DNA of 42,899 bases from a virus, in IMG/VR virus record IMGVR_UViG_3300045988_037272, positions 1 through 42,899 of that record, one strand, 5' to 3'. Made by a program: the position numbers and the translations under genes. Position 1 is the stretch's first letter; the number at the start of each line of letters is the position of its first letter. The notes below the pieces were generated by a model. It was not told the origin of the DNA. It saw nothing but the letters and a program-made list of their open reading frames with translations, and searched no databases. Shown here piece by piece: positions 7,568 to 14,347 of this stretch.

Positions 7568-7777
7568 ATGCAACCGGACGAGCAAGGGCTTGAATTTCTT
7601 GATATCCTGACGGTCTTATCGTTTGTGCTGCAGCTGCAAAACCAGTCAAAAATATTTGGGTTGCAAGAAGTGCAGAACGACAATAACCGCGTGGCACAAG
7701 AGATACACAAGCACCTTGAATCGCAGGACGAAAAAATAGACCGAATATTGGAGGTGTTAGCCCATGAAACTAATTGA
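7568..7777 (+). CDS. Hypothetical small protein (69 aa)
   Basis: ATG 7568 lies 1 nt after the upstream stop. LDILTVLSFVLQLQNQ hydrophobic segment followed by a coiled coil. Confidence 0.55.
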   Translation: MQPDEQGLEFLDILTVLSFVLQLQNQSKIFGLQEVQNDNNRVAQEIHKHLESQDEKIDRILEVLAHETN

Positions 7778-8072
7778 AAAACTATCCGAGATGATCGAAG
7801 AAGAGATCGAAGATGCTGAGAAGTACGCCAAGTGCGCGCTGAAGTACAAGGATACCGACAGCGCTCTTGCAAAGACTTTTTACGACCTGTCGACCGACGA
7901 GATGCGGCACATGAATCTGCTGCACGATGAGGTCGCGCGCATCATCACCCAGTACCGCAAGGAGACCGGCGAGCCGCCTACCGCGATGCTGGCTGTATAT
8001 GACTATCTGCACGGAAAGCAGATCGAAAAAGCGAAAGAGGTCAAAGACTATCAGGCAATGTATCGCGGGTGA
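7764..8072 (+). CDS. Ferritin-like/rubrerythrin-like small protein (102 aa)
   Basis: SD GGAGG. EEEIEDAEKY...STDEMRHMNLLHDE resembles the E...E..H di-iron helix-pair motifs of ferritin-like proteins. Confidence 0.55.
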   Translation: MKLIEKLSEMIEEEIEDAEKYAKCALKYKDTDSALAKTFYDLSTDEMRHMNLLHDEVARIITQYRKETGEPPTAMLAVYDYLHGKQIEKAKEVKDYQAMYRG

Positions 8073-8383
8073 CGCCCATGATCGACTTTGACGAGATTGA
8101 GAAAGAGATCATCAACATGGAAGCAAACCGCGACACGTCTTATGCCACGATGGAGAGATTAGCCCCTCTCTATGCCGCTATGACCTACAAGCGGCTCTGT
8201 GCCAATCCAGAAGTGTACGAGCCGCAGGCCGTGTCTGCGGTTGGAGACAGCGCATTTTTGCTTGCCGTCAGCGGCATGGACAGCGTCAAGGCGTGGGAGA
8301 TTATGGACGAGTTGATGGACAGTTTGAAAATTGTAAACGAGCGCGTCTATAATAGCGTCATGCGAAAGCTTGGTAGCGAGTAA
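8069..8383 (+). CDS. Hypothetical protein (about 101-104 aa), last gene of cargo operon
   Basis: Track ORF. GTG 8069 overlaps the upstream TGA; ATG 8078 is an alternative start. Confidence 0.55.
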   Translation: MTPMIDFDEIEKEIINMEANRDTSYATMERLAPLYAAMTYKRLCANPEVYEPQAVSAVGDSAFLLAVSGMDSVKAWEIMDELMDSLKIVNERVYNSVMRKLGSE

Positions 8384-8429
8384 AATGCTTTGAATATTCA
8401 CGCATACGCAAATCTATAGGTGAATTTTA

Positions 8430-8451
8430 TGGCTAACAAATGGCTAACAAA
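8430..8451 (+). repeat. Tandem 11-bp direct repeat tggctaacaaa x2 (putative arm-type integrase binding sites, P arm)
   Basis: Read directly. The same core TGGCTAACA recurs twice at 8660-8680 on the other side of the tRNA-like core. Confidence 0.7.
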
Positions 8452-8485
8452 AGCCTAAAAAACGCTGTAAAATAAAGGGATTTTG

Positions 8486-8552
8486 CTCCCCTGCTAAGGG
8501 AGTAGGACGTGTAAAAAGCGTCGCGGAGGTTCAAATCCTCTCTTCCGCGCCA
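8486..8552 (+). other. attP core: 3' two-thirds of a tRNA-Ser(GCU) (anticodon arm, long variable arm, T arm, acceptor 3' strand, G73, CCA)
   Basis: ctccc-CTGCTAA-gggag (anticodon GCT at 8493-8495, U33 and A37 present). Long variable arm gacgt..gcgtc. T arm ggagg-TTCAAAT-cctct. cttccgc-g-cca ends at 8552. No matching 5' acceptor strand (gcggaag) or D arm lies upstream, so this is a fragment. Confidence 0.7.
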
Positions 8553-8561
8553 GTTCGAAAA

Positions 8562-8596
8562 AACCTTGGAATCTCAACGGTTCCAAGGTTTTTTCT
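8562..8596 (+). terminator. Rho-independent terminator directly after the tRNA-like fragment
   Basis: Stem aaccttggaa/ttccaaggtt with a 9-nt loop, followed by a T tract. Confidence 0.8.
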
Positions 8597-8659
8597 TGTT
8601 TTTATCCAAAAACGTTTTTGCAACTTTTGGGGTTCTTTGGGTTGAAAAGTTTTAACCTA

Positions 8660-8680
8660 TGGCTAACAAAATGGCTAACA
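8660..8680 (+). repeat. Direct repeat tggctaaca x2 (putative arm-type sites, P' arm)
   Basis: tggctaacaaaatggctaaca, between the tRNA-like core and the 3' end of the integrase gene. Confidence 0.7.
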
Positions 8681-8708
8681 TATTTGCTATCGAATAACCA
8701 GCATAGAT

Positions 8709-9851
8709 TCATTTGTCATTACGACTAAGCTGATTAACCCCTTTATGCGCGGCTTCGGTGGAAACATGGACATATCGTTGTGTCGATGATAACTTTGCGT
8801 GGCGCATAATCTGTTGCAGCACGGGCAGCTCTACGCCCTTTTTAACGGCCTCTGTAGCCGTTGTGTGGCGGCAGGAGTATGGATTTAGGTCTCGCACTCC
8901 AACCGCGCTTGTAGTGGCGTGATAGGCCGTATAAAAGGTATTTTCATCGCCACCAAATATCTTTCCCGTTTTGCTGGTAGACTTTTCGCTTAACTCTTGC
9001 AGCACCGGTGCAATGAACTCAGGGAAAACGATAGGGGTATCTTTTCTTTTCTTTGTCTTTTTCCCGCAGCCGTAAATTTCAAGCCGGTCATAGTCAATCA
9101 TATCAGATTTGCACGCAAGCAATTCTCCCGGCATCATTGACGTGTAGATCATTAGCAGCATATAGCCGACAAAAACATTCCCTTCGTCCCATGCTTTCCA
9201 CATGGCGTTGACTTCGTCTTCGGTAAATGGTTCGGGGACTTTTTCTTCCAGCTCAGGCAAAACAATAAATCGCGACAGATTAACGGTTACTGGCCCATTG
9301 CTACCGCCGCTTGCCATAGCGCGCTTGTATAGATGAGATAGCAGGGACTTCATGTCTCGAGCGGTATAATATGACTTTGCTGCGGAGTTTACCGCGCCTT
9401 GTAGATCATCAATCGTTAGCTCATCTATTTTCCGGGCTATAATCGGTTCTAAACGCTCACGAGCTTTTTTGAATGCTATTTGCTTATCCTTTGACCGTGT
9501 CAGCATATCGTTTTCGCTCCACCCTTGCCAAAGCTCTAAGAGGGTCGGAGCTTCTTTTTGGAATTTTCCAGGGTCTTGAGAAGCGGCCCATTCCAAAGCA
9601 GCAGTTTTTGTAGGGAATCCCCCTTTAGTAGGCCTTCGACGAATTAGTCTAGGGGGTCCATCGTCGTCTTGCACGGTATATGAATATCCGGCAGCTTGAG
9701 CAGTCCATGTCTTACCGCGCCGAAAAGCTGTCCCCGTCCCGCTTCCGCGCTGTCTTCCACGCCGCTTTTCGACTATCTGCTTTTTGCCGCACATAGGACA
9801 AAACAGCGCGCCATCCGGCAGCGCTGCTTTACATTTGATGCAGTTTCCCAT
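8709..9851 (-). CDS. int: Tyrosine integrase with N-terminal zinc ribbon
   Basis: ATG 9851 follows GGAGGGG. N-terminus CIKC...CPMC. C-terminus SCRHTTATEA....IMRHAKLSSTQRYVHV (R, H-x-x-R and Y catalytic signature). Adjacent to attP. Confidence 0.9.
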   Translation of the reverse strand: MGNCIKCKAALPDGALFCPMCGKKQIVEKRRGRQRGSGTGTAFRRGKTWTAQAAGYSYTVQDDDGPPRLIRRRPTKGGFPTKTAALEWAASQDPGKFQKEAPTLLELWQGWSENDMLTRSKDKQIAFKKARERLEPIIARKIDELTIDDLQGAVNSAAKSYYTARDMKSLLSHLYKRAMASGGSNGPVTVNLSRFIVLPELEEKVPEPFTEDEVNAMWKAWDEGNVFVGYMLLMIYTSMMPGELLACKSDMIDYDRLEIYGCGKKTKKRKDTPIVFPEFIAPVLQELSEKSTSKTGKIFGGDENTFYTAYHATTSAVGVRDLNPYSCRHTTATEAVKKGVELPVLQQIMRHAKLSSTQRYVHVSTEAAHKGVNQLSRNDK

Positions 9852-9852
9852 G

Positions 9853-10266
9853 TCAGCCCCTCCAAAAACCATAGTCGGTGCAGTGCAGATCGATATACAC
9901 GCACCATGCGGCCAGCAGCACCACCGCGATGAACAAAATTAAAATCACGCCGTTGCGGATGCGGACGCCACGCCGCATGATCTCGATCATGTCGGCTTTT
10001 GCATCAACGTGGCGTTCCAATTCGTCATTACGCGCCTGCAATGTTTCCTCGGTCGGCGTCAAGTGTTCGGAAATCCCGAACACTTCATCAAGAGATATTC
10101 CCATTGCCTTGCAGATCGGCGCGACAGTGTAGATCGATGGTGCTTTGGAAAACTTAGAAAAGAAATTCTGCACGGTGGACAGTGGCACGCCGGAAGCGTT
10201 GGAAATGTCTTGATATGTTAGTTTCAGTTCTTCTTTACGGATTCTGCACACTTCTTGAATGTTCAT
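9853..10266 (-). CDS. XRE-family HTH protein with C-terminal transmembrane anchor
   Basis: LTYQDISNASGVPLSTVQNFFSK...ICKAMGISLDEVF is the HTH. A coiled-coil linker follows, then GVILILFIAVVLLAAWCVYI as the TM segment. The stop lies 1 nt before the int ATG, so the two are co-transcribed. Confidence 0.8.
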   Translation of the reverse strand: MNIQEVCRIRKEELKLTYQDISNASGVPLSTVQNFFSKFSKAPSIYTVAPICKAMGISLDEVFGISEHLTPTEETLQARNDELERHVDAKADMIEIMRRGVRIRNGVILILFIAVVLLAAWCVYIDLHCTDYGFWRG

Positions 10267-10435
10267 TTATGCCACCTTAATTTCTCCGATTTTTGCGCCG
10301 CAAAGTCGCAAGATATGGGTTTGTCGAACCACGTCGAGCGCTGTCTTATTGCAATGTTTCGGCATTGAATTACCAAACCAAAGTGGGCTACGGTGAAGGC
10401 AAGCAGCGGCGACCGCTCCCCGCTGGCTGCAAAAA

Positions 10436-10469
10436 GGCCCCGCCGTTTGTTGCAGAGGGCGGCGGGGCC
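10436..10469 (-). terminator. GC-rich hairpin; T tract only on the minus strand
   Basis: Stem ggccccgccg/cggcggggcc with a 14-nt loop. aaaaa lies 5' on the plus strand, giving ttttt after the stem on the minus strand. Confidence 0.55.
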
Positions 10470-10553
10470 TTACTTGGAGATATTGATGCTTGCACCGCTA
10501 TGTGCAACAATTGACATATAGCCCCGTTACTATAAATATTGGAGGGACACAAA

Positions 10554-10742
10554 ATGTTGTGTAATAGCGCGAAAGATGGTACAATAAAAAAGCAGATTAT
10601 GCGGAAAGACAATAAAAACAGCAAGAACGATCAAGCTTACCTTGAGGAATTGCGCGGGCAAATCCTTGGAATGATAGACAAGCTATCTGCTGCGGATTGC
10701 GCAGAAGTATTTTCAAAATTAAAAGAAAGAGGTGTGCTATGA
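10554..10742 (+). CDS. Hypothetical small protein (62 aa)
   Basis: ATG 10554 follows GGAGGG. AT-rich region. Confidence 0.5.
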   Translation: MLCNSAKDGTIKKQIMRKDNKNSKNDQAYLEELRGQILGMIDKLSAADCAEVFSKLKERGVL

Positions 10743-10930
10743 AGGGCTACGAGATTGACATTTCCAAGTTGGCAGAGAACAGCATCATCATGAAAGGCCA
10801 GATCAACGACGTTGTATTTGGATTGAAGGAAATCTCAGACAAGATCGACACGCTAATCGCGCTCAAGCAAGTTGAATTATCACTCCTGCAACAGCAGCGA
10901 GCGCCGCAATGCCAGAAAGAACAGCAGTAA
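10739..10930 (+). CDS. Hypothetical small coiled-coil protein (63 aa)
   Basis: ATGA overlap with the upstream gene; SD AGAGGTG. Its 3' end overlaps the convergent minus-strand ORF 10863..11054 by 68 nt. Confidence 0.5.
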   Translation: MKGYEIDISKLAENSIIMKGQINDVVFGLKEISDKIDTLIALKQVELSLLQQQRAPQCQKEQQ

Positions 10931-11054
10931 TAATGAATTGCGTTTTCTCGCGCCGTTCTTTTTCTGCTTGATCTTTTTGCTGCCGCTCATGGTCTTTTCG
11001 CTCCGCTTCGGTTTTCATGCGGTCTTGCGGATTTGATGGGTAGAACGTAAGCAT
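10863..11054 (-). CDS. Tail-anchored small membrane protein (63 aa)
   Basis: TAATG coupling to the repressor-like gene. Charged N-terminal half, then C-terminal TM segment FIITAVLSGIAALAAVAGVIIQL. Confidence 0.6.
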   Translation of the reverse strand: MLTFYPSNPQDRMKTEAERKDHERQQKDQAEKERREKTQFIITAVLSGIAALAAVAGVIIQLA

Positions 11055-11497
11055 TACATCAACTCCCGCATTTTTTTACTAAGCTCATCGAAAACGGCAA
11101 GCGCCGTATCTTTATCGGTTATTCCTCTGACAGCTTCAATAAGCGCGTCTTTTTCGCCCTCGTCCTCTGTGGCGGGGGCGTTTTTTATGCCCTCGGCCTC
11201 GACCAGTTTCCGCACCGTCTCGATATCCTCTAAGCACTTTGCGGTTTCTTCCGGGGTTTTCCCCTCGTGCAGGAGAATGTCATCTGGGGAGACGTTGAGG
11301 GTTAAGCACATCTGCACGGCAATTTCTTTTGACGGCAAGTTTGTATTTTTCCCTCTGCGCAGATCAGACACCCATCTATTGTTTTTCCCAAATTTTCGAG
11401 AAAATGCGGCTTCGCTAATATCTTTTCTTTTGCAATAAGTCTCTATAAATTTAATGCAATCATTACTAAGAGTAACGCTATTTAATGTTTTCGGCAT
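11054..11497 (-). CDS. CI-like repressor candidate (HTH, XRE-like)
   Basis: N-terminal HTH-like segment (ISEAAFSRKFGKNNRWVSDLRRGKN.NLPSKEIAVQMCLTLNVSPDDIL) plus an acidic C-terminal domain. Divergent from the cro-like gene across a 270-bp switch region. Confidence 0.65.
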   Translation of the reverse strand: MPKTLNSVTLSNDCIKFIETYCKRKDISEAAFSRKFGKNNRWVSDLRRGKNTNLPSKEIAVQMCLTLNVSPDDILLHEGKTPEETAKCLEDIETVRKLVEAEGIKNAPATEDEGEKDALIEAVRGITDKDTALAVFDELSKKMRELM

Positions 11498-11508
11498 ATT
11501 AAATTCCT

Positions 11509-12174
11509 TTAGATTATATTTACTCCGTCTAATGCCGCTTGGGCTAATATTTTTTGATAGTTTTTAGAATTAGAGTTTTTCATTCTGGAATATTCGGATA
11601 ATGATTTTGGGCACAATGCAGGGAGATATTCTTGCAATCGATAATATTCATGTCGAATGGAACGCTTTCTGATTCTTTCTTCTTCCATTTCTTTGATTAA
11701 ACGCTTCCATTTGAAATATGCAAATACGTTTGGGAAATCTTTTATGGAGAGATGCGGGTATATTCCGACTTTTTGAAAATAGGAATCCACTCGCGATTCT
11801 TCTTCCCATGCTTGCTTATGTGCGCCTAAATTGTGTAAATGCGATATGTCAGATATGTAAGCATCGTACTTCCAAATCATATCCGATATAAACATTAAAC
11901 TATGTGCTTTTCTTACACATTCTACAGCAAGTGCAACATTTTTTTCTTTGTAGTATTTTGAAAAACACTGACCGCGCAAATAATATTCTACACGACCCGT
12001 AGGGGAATCTCCGTTCACTTCTACGCATGGGACAGGGATATTCTTTATCCCCTCAACGGTTGAAAAATCATAAAAACTTTTCAATCTAACGACCTCTTGT
12101 TCTCTTATTTGAGAATAAGAGGCGTTTTTTTCTTCGAGCGTTTTAGATTCGTCATCAAAAATATTGCAAGCCAT
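11509..12174 (-). CDS. Orphan 221-aa protein, first gene of the repressor operon
   Basis: Track ORF. Markedly AT-rich by eye compared with the genome. No motif I can assign; no HExxH, so not ImmA/IrrE-like. Confidence 0.7.
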   Translation of the reverse strand: MACNIFDDESKTLEEKNASYSQIREQEVVRLKSFYDFSTVEGIKNIPVPCVEVNGDSPTGRVEYYLRGQCFSKYYKEKNVALAVECVRKAHSLMFISDMIWKYDAYISDISHLHNLGAHKQAWEEESRVDSYFQKVGIYPHLSIKDFPNVFAYFKWKRLIKEMEEERIRKRSIRHEYYRLQEYLPALCPKSLSEYSRMKNSNSKNYQKILAQAALDGVNII

Positions 12175-12240
12175 ACTTTTATAATAACCGCCAAATCCAA
12201 CGGCATACGTTTAGTCATTCCGCTAAATCCTACATTTCGT

Positions 12241-12280
12241 TGTCAAAGGCGTTGACATCCACCATTATGTGGGCTATAAT
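12241..12280 (+). promoter_or_regulatory. Consensus early promoter (TTGACA 12252-12257, 17-nt spacer, TATAAT 12275-12280) with overlapping inverted repeat tgtcaa-N5-ttgaca
   Basis: Read directly. Points toward the cro-like gene about 165 nt downstream. TTGTCAA recurs at 12402-12408. Confidence 0.75.
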
Positions 12281-12444
12281 AACCTTACAGAACTTAATTA
12301 AGGCAACAAAAAACCAAGCCCCCAACGGATTTCCCGTTTTTGCGGACTTATAACCGATATTTTGTTGGCTGACACTTACATAATAGCGGTGTGTTTCTCG
12401 TTTGTCAATATAAAGTTCTGAATTTGATAAGGAGGGGCAAACGC

Positions 12445-12669
12445 TTGGAATTAAAAGGAATTCGAGAAAATGCCGGTTTGCGTCAGGCGGATGTAGCAAA
12501 AAAGCTCCGTGTGAACATTTCCGCCGTGTCGAACTGGGAACGCGGGCTAAACGGCATCGCAAGCAAGTACATTAGACCGCTTACCCGATTGTACGGCGTG
12601 ACCGAAGCGGAAATCAGAGCGGCATCGGAAGCCGCGCAGACCGCAAGAGCAGAAGAGGAGGGCGAATGA
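12445..12669 (+). CDS. Cro-like XRE HTH regulator
   Basis: TTG 12445 lies 7 nt after AAGGAGGGG. LKGIRENAGLRQADVAKKLRVNISAVSNWERG is the HTH. Confidence 0.75.
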   Translation: MELKGIRENAGLRQADVAKKLRVNISAVSNWERGLNGIASKYIRPLTRLYGVTEAEIRAASEAAQTARAEEEGE

Positions 12670-12851
12670 ATCACGAAAAAATGAAAAATCTACTTGAAGA
12701 ACTGGCAATTCATTTATCGGAAAACGCCAAGATGTCTGCGGGCGGCGATCTTGTTGAATTGACGAGAGCGCTGATTCAAACCTGTGACGCGATCATGAGG
12801 ATCGAGTATTCAGAAGCGAACGAGTACCCGGCGCCATATCCGGCAAATTAG
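12666..12851 (+). CDS. Hypothetical early protein (61 aa)
   Basis: ATGA overlap; SD GAGGAGGG. Confidence 0.6.
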   Translation: MNHEKMKNLLEELAIHLSENAKMSAGGDLVELTRALIQTCDAIMRIEYSEANEYPAPYPAN

Positions 12852-12864
12852 AAGAGGAGGGCGT

Positions 12865-13227
12865 ATGAACTGGGTTATCGTATTGGTTGCGAGCATCATT
12901 AGCGCCGGCGTTTCGGTACGAGCGTATATTAAAAACGATTCCGATTTTGGATTTTTTGTCGGGCTTATTAGCATTTTGGCTTTGATTGTATCGGTGGCAA
13001 TTATCCTCGTCGGCGTACTCCAAACGCCACAGAGCATCAATAACTTTACCAAACAGAAATCTTACATTGAAATGCACGAAGCAAAAAACGCCGTAGAAGA
13101 CGCGGCGTTGACTTCCAAGAAAATCGAGCTGAATGAGTGGCTTTATGACGCACAGTGCAGCAAATCCCGATTCGGCAGTTGGAGTTTTTACCCCGACAGT
13201 ATTTTTGACTTGGAGCCGATCGAATGA
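12865..13227 (+). CDS. Early membrane protein (two TM segments, 120 aa)
   Basis: SD GAGGAGGG. WVIVLVASIISAGVSV and FFVGLISILALIVSVAIILVGVL. Confidence 0.65.
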   Translation: MNWVIVLVASIISAGVSVRAYIKNDSDFGFFVGLISILALIVSVAIILVGVLQTPQSINNFTKQKSYIEMHEAKNAVEDAALTSKKIELNEWLYDAQCSKSRFGSWSFYPDSIFDLEPIE

Positions 13228-13351
13228 AAGGGGCAAAAGAAAAGCCCTGTCCGGTCTGGTACACCGAACAGGGCAGCGGAACGAATCTTCACCACAAGAT
13301 ATTGTGTTCCTGCGGCTATTGTAACATGCCCGCAGGGGAAAGGCAAGAGGT

Positions 13352-13567
13352 ATGACACTTGAAGAAATGAAATCATGTGGAAAAGCGACTTTGACCGCTG
13401 CTGACATTGCGTCGGTTCTGGATTGTGACCCTCACGCGATTCGCTTAGCGGCGAAAAAAGACCCTGACGGTCTCGGTTTCCAAGTTATCCGTATGGGGTC
13501 GAGGGTGAAAATTCCGACGCTTCCATTCATCGAATTTATGACGAAACTGAAAGGGGCGGAAAGCTAA
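13352..13567 (+). CDS. Excisionase/HTH_17-like DNA-binding protein
   Basis: LTAADIASVLDCDPHAIRLAAKK.....FQVIRMGSRVKIP...FIEFM matches the Xis/MerR-like winged-helix pattern. The function call is inference. Confidence 0.55.
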   Translation: MTLEEMKSCGKATLTAADIASVLDCDPHAIRLAAKKDPDGLGFQVIRMGSRVKIPTLPFIEFMTKLKGAES

Positions 13568-13659
13568 TGGACTTTACAACATTCCTTGCCGTCATCGGCG
13601 CGGTGGCGCTGGGCTGCTTGTTCTCCCGCTTAATCGACGTTTTGGAGGGCAAGAGATGA
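13567..13659 (+). CDS. 30-aa hydrophobic peptide
   Basis: TAATG coupling upstream and ATGA coupling downstream. MDFTTFLAVIGAVALGCLFSRLIDVLEGKR. Not in the track because it is short. Confidence 0.45.
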   Translation: MDFTTFLAVIGAVALGCLFSRLIDVLEGKR

Positions 13660-14186
13660 AGAAGCCAGACAAGCGCACGAGAGAGCAGCGCAAGGCCGAC
13701 GAATCGGCGCTGATTGCGGCGGCATGTCTGGGCGCGACGATCCTTTTGATCGTGATCTCGATCCTCGCCACCAGCGCACAGGCAGTTGATGCGGAACCGG
13801 AAGAATCCCCCATCGTAGAAGAGTATGACCCCGCGTGGGACATTCCCGCGACTGAAAGCGCGGTATGCAACGATGTGTTTCTTGGTGAGTTTACGCTCAC
13901 GGCCTATTGCCCCGATAGTTGCTGCTGCGGCAAATGGGCAAGCGGCTACACCGCGACCGGCACGCTTGCGACCGAGGGGCGCACGATCGCGGTCGACCCC
14001 GACATCATCCCTTATGGCACGCACATCTTGCTGATCTGGCCGGACGGCACGCAGCATAGCTATATTGCCGAGGACTGCGGCGGCGGAGTGAACGGCAACC
14101 ACATCGACGTGTTTTTCAACGACCATCAGACGGCGCGCGTATTCGGCGTGCAGAGCGCGATGGTTTACATGGAGGTGGAGGAATGA
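13656..14186 (+). CDS. Membrane-anchored 3D-domain protein (MltA/YuiC-like cell-wall-acting domain)
   Basis: SD GGAGGG. N-terminal TM segment. FTLTAYCPDSCCCGKWASGYTATGT.A.EGRTIAVDPDIIPYGT....DCGGGVNGNHIDVFF fits the 3D-domain pattern. Confidence 0.75.
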   Translation: MKKPDKRTREQRKADESALIAAACLGATILLIVISILATSAQAVDAEPEESPIVEEYDPAWDIPATESAVCNDVFLGEFTLTAYCPDSCCCGKWASGYTATGTLATEGRTIAVDPDIIPYGTHILLIWPDGTQHSYIAEDCGGGVNGNHIDVFFNDHQTARVFGVQSAMVYMEVEE

Positions 14187-14347
14187 TGCACTGCTGGACT
14201 TGCGGTGCGGATTTCTGGGAGCCTGCGCTCTATGCGTACCGCGAAAATCTGGATGATGAGAACTGGACAATCACTACTCAAACCGTGTGCCCTTACTGCG
14301 GCACAGACAATATTACGAAGGTGAAAGATGAACCTTTATCAGATTGA
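14183..14347 (+). CDS. Small zinc-ribbon protein (54 aa)
   Basis: ATGA overlap. CWTC...CPYC. Not in the track because it is short. Confidence 0.5.
   Translation: MMHCWTCGADFWEPALYAYRENLDDENWTITTQTVCPYCGTDNITKVKDEPLSD

Noticed and set aside
8486-8552. Possible complete tRNA gene.
   Set aside because: Only the anticodon arm, variable arm, T arm and 3' acceptor strand are present. No complementary 5' acceptor strand (gcggaag) or D arm lies upstream. It is interpreted as the attP core instead.
10293-10624. ORFs 10293..10514 (plus strand) and 10388..10624 (minus strand).
   Set aside because: Both run through the GC-rich terminator hairpin at 10436-10469, lack an SD and have implausible composition.
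11509-12174. ImmA/IrrE-type metalloprotease upstream of the repressor.
   Set aside because: There is no HExxH motif anywhere in the 221-aa product.
13244-13274. Hairpin gccctgtccgg/ccgaacagggc after the early membrane-protein gene as a plus-strand terminator.
   Set aside because: No T tract follows on the plus strand. The A tract upstream would only give a minus-strand terminator, and no minus-strand gene lies nearby. It is left unannotated as a feature.
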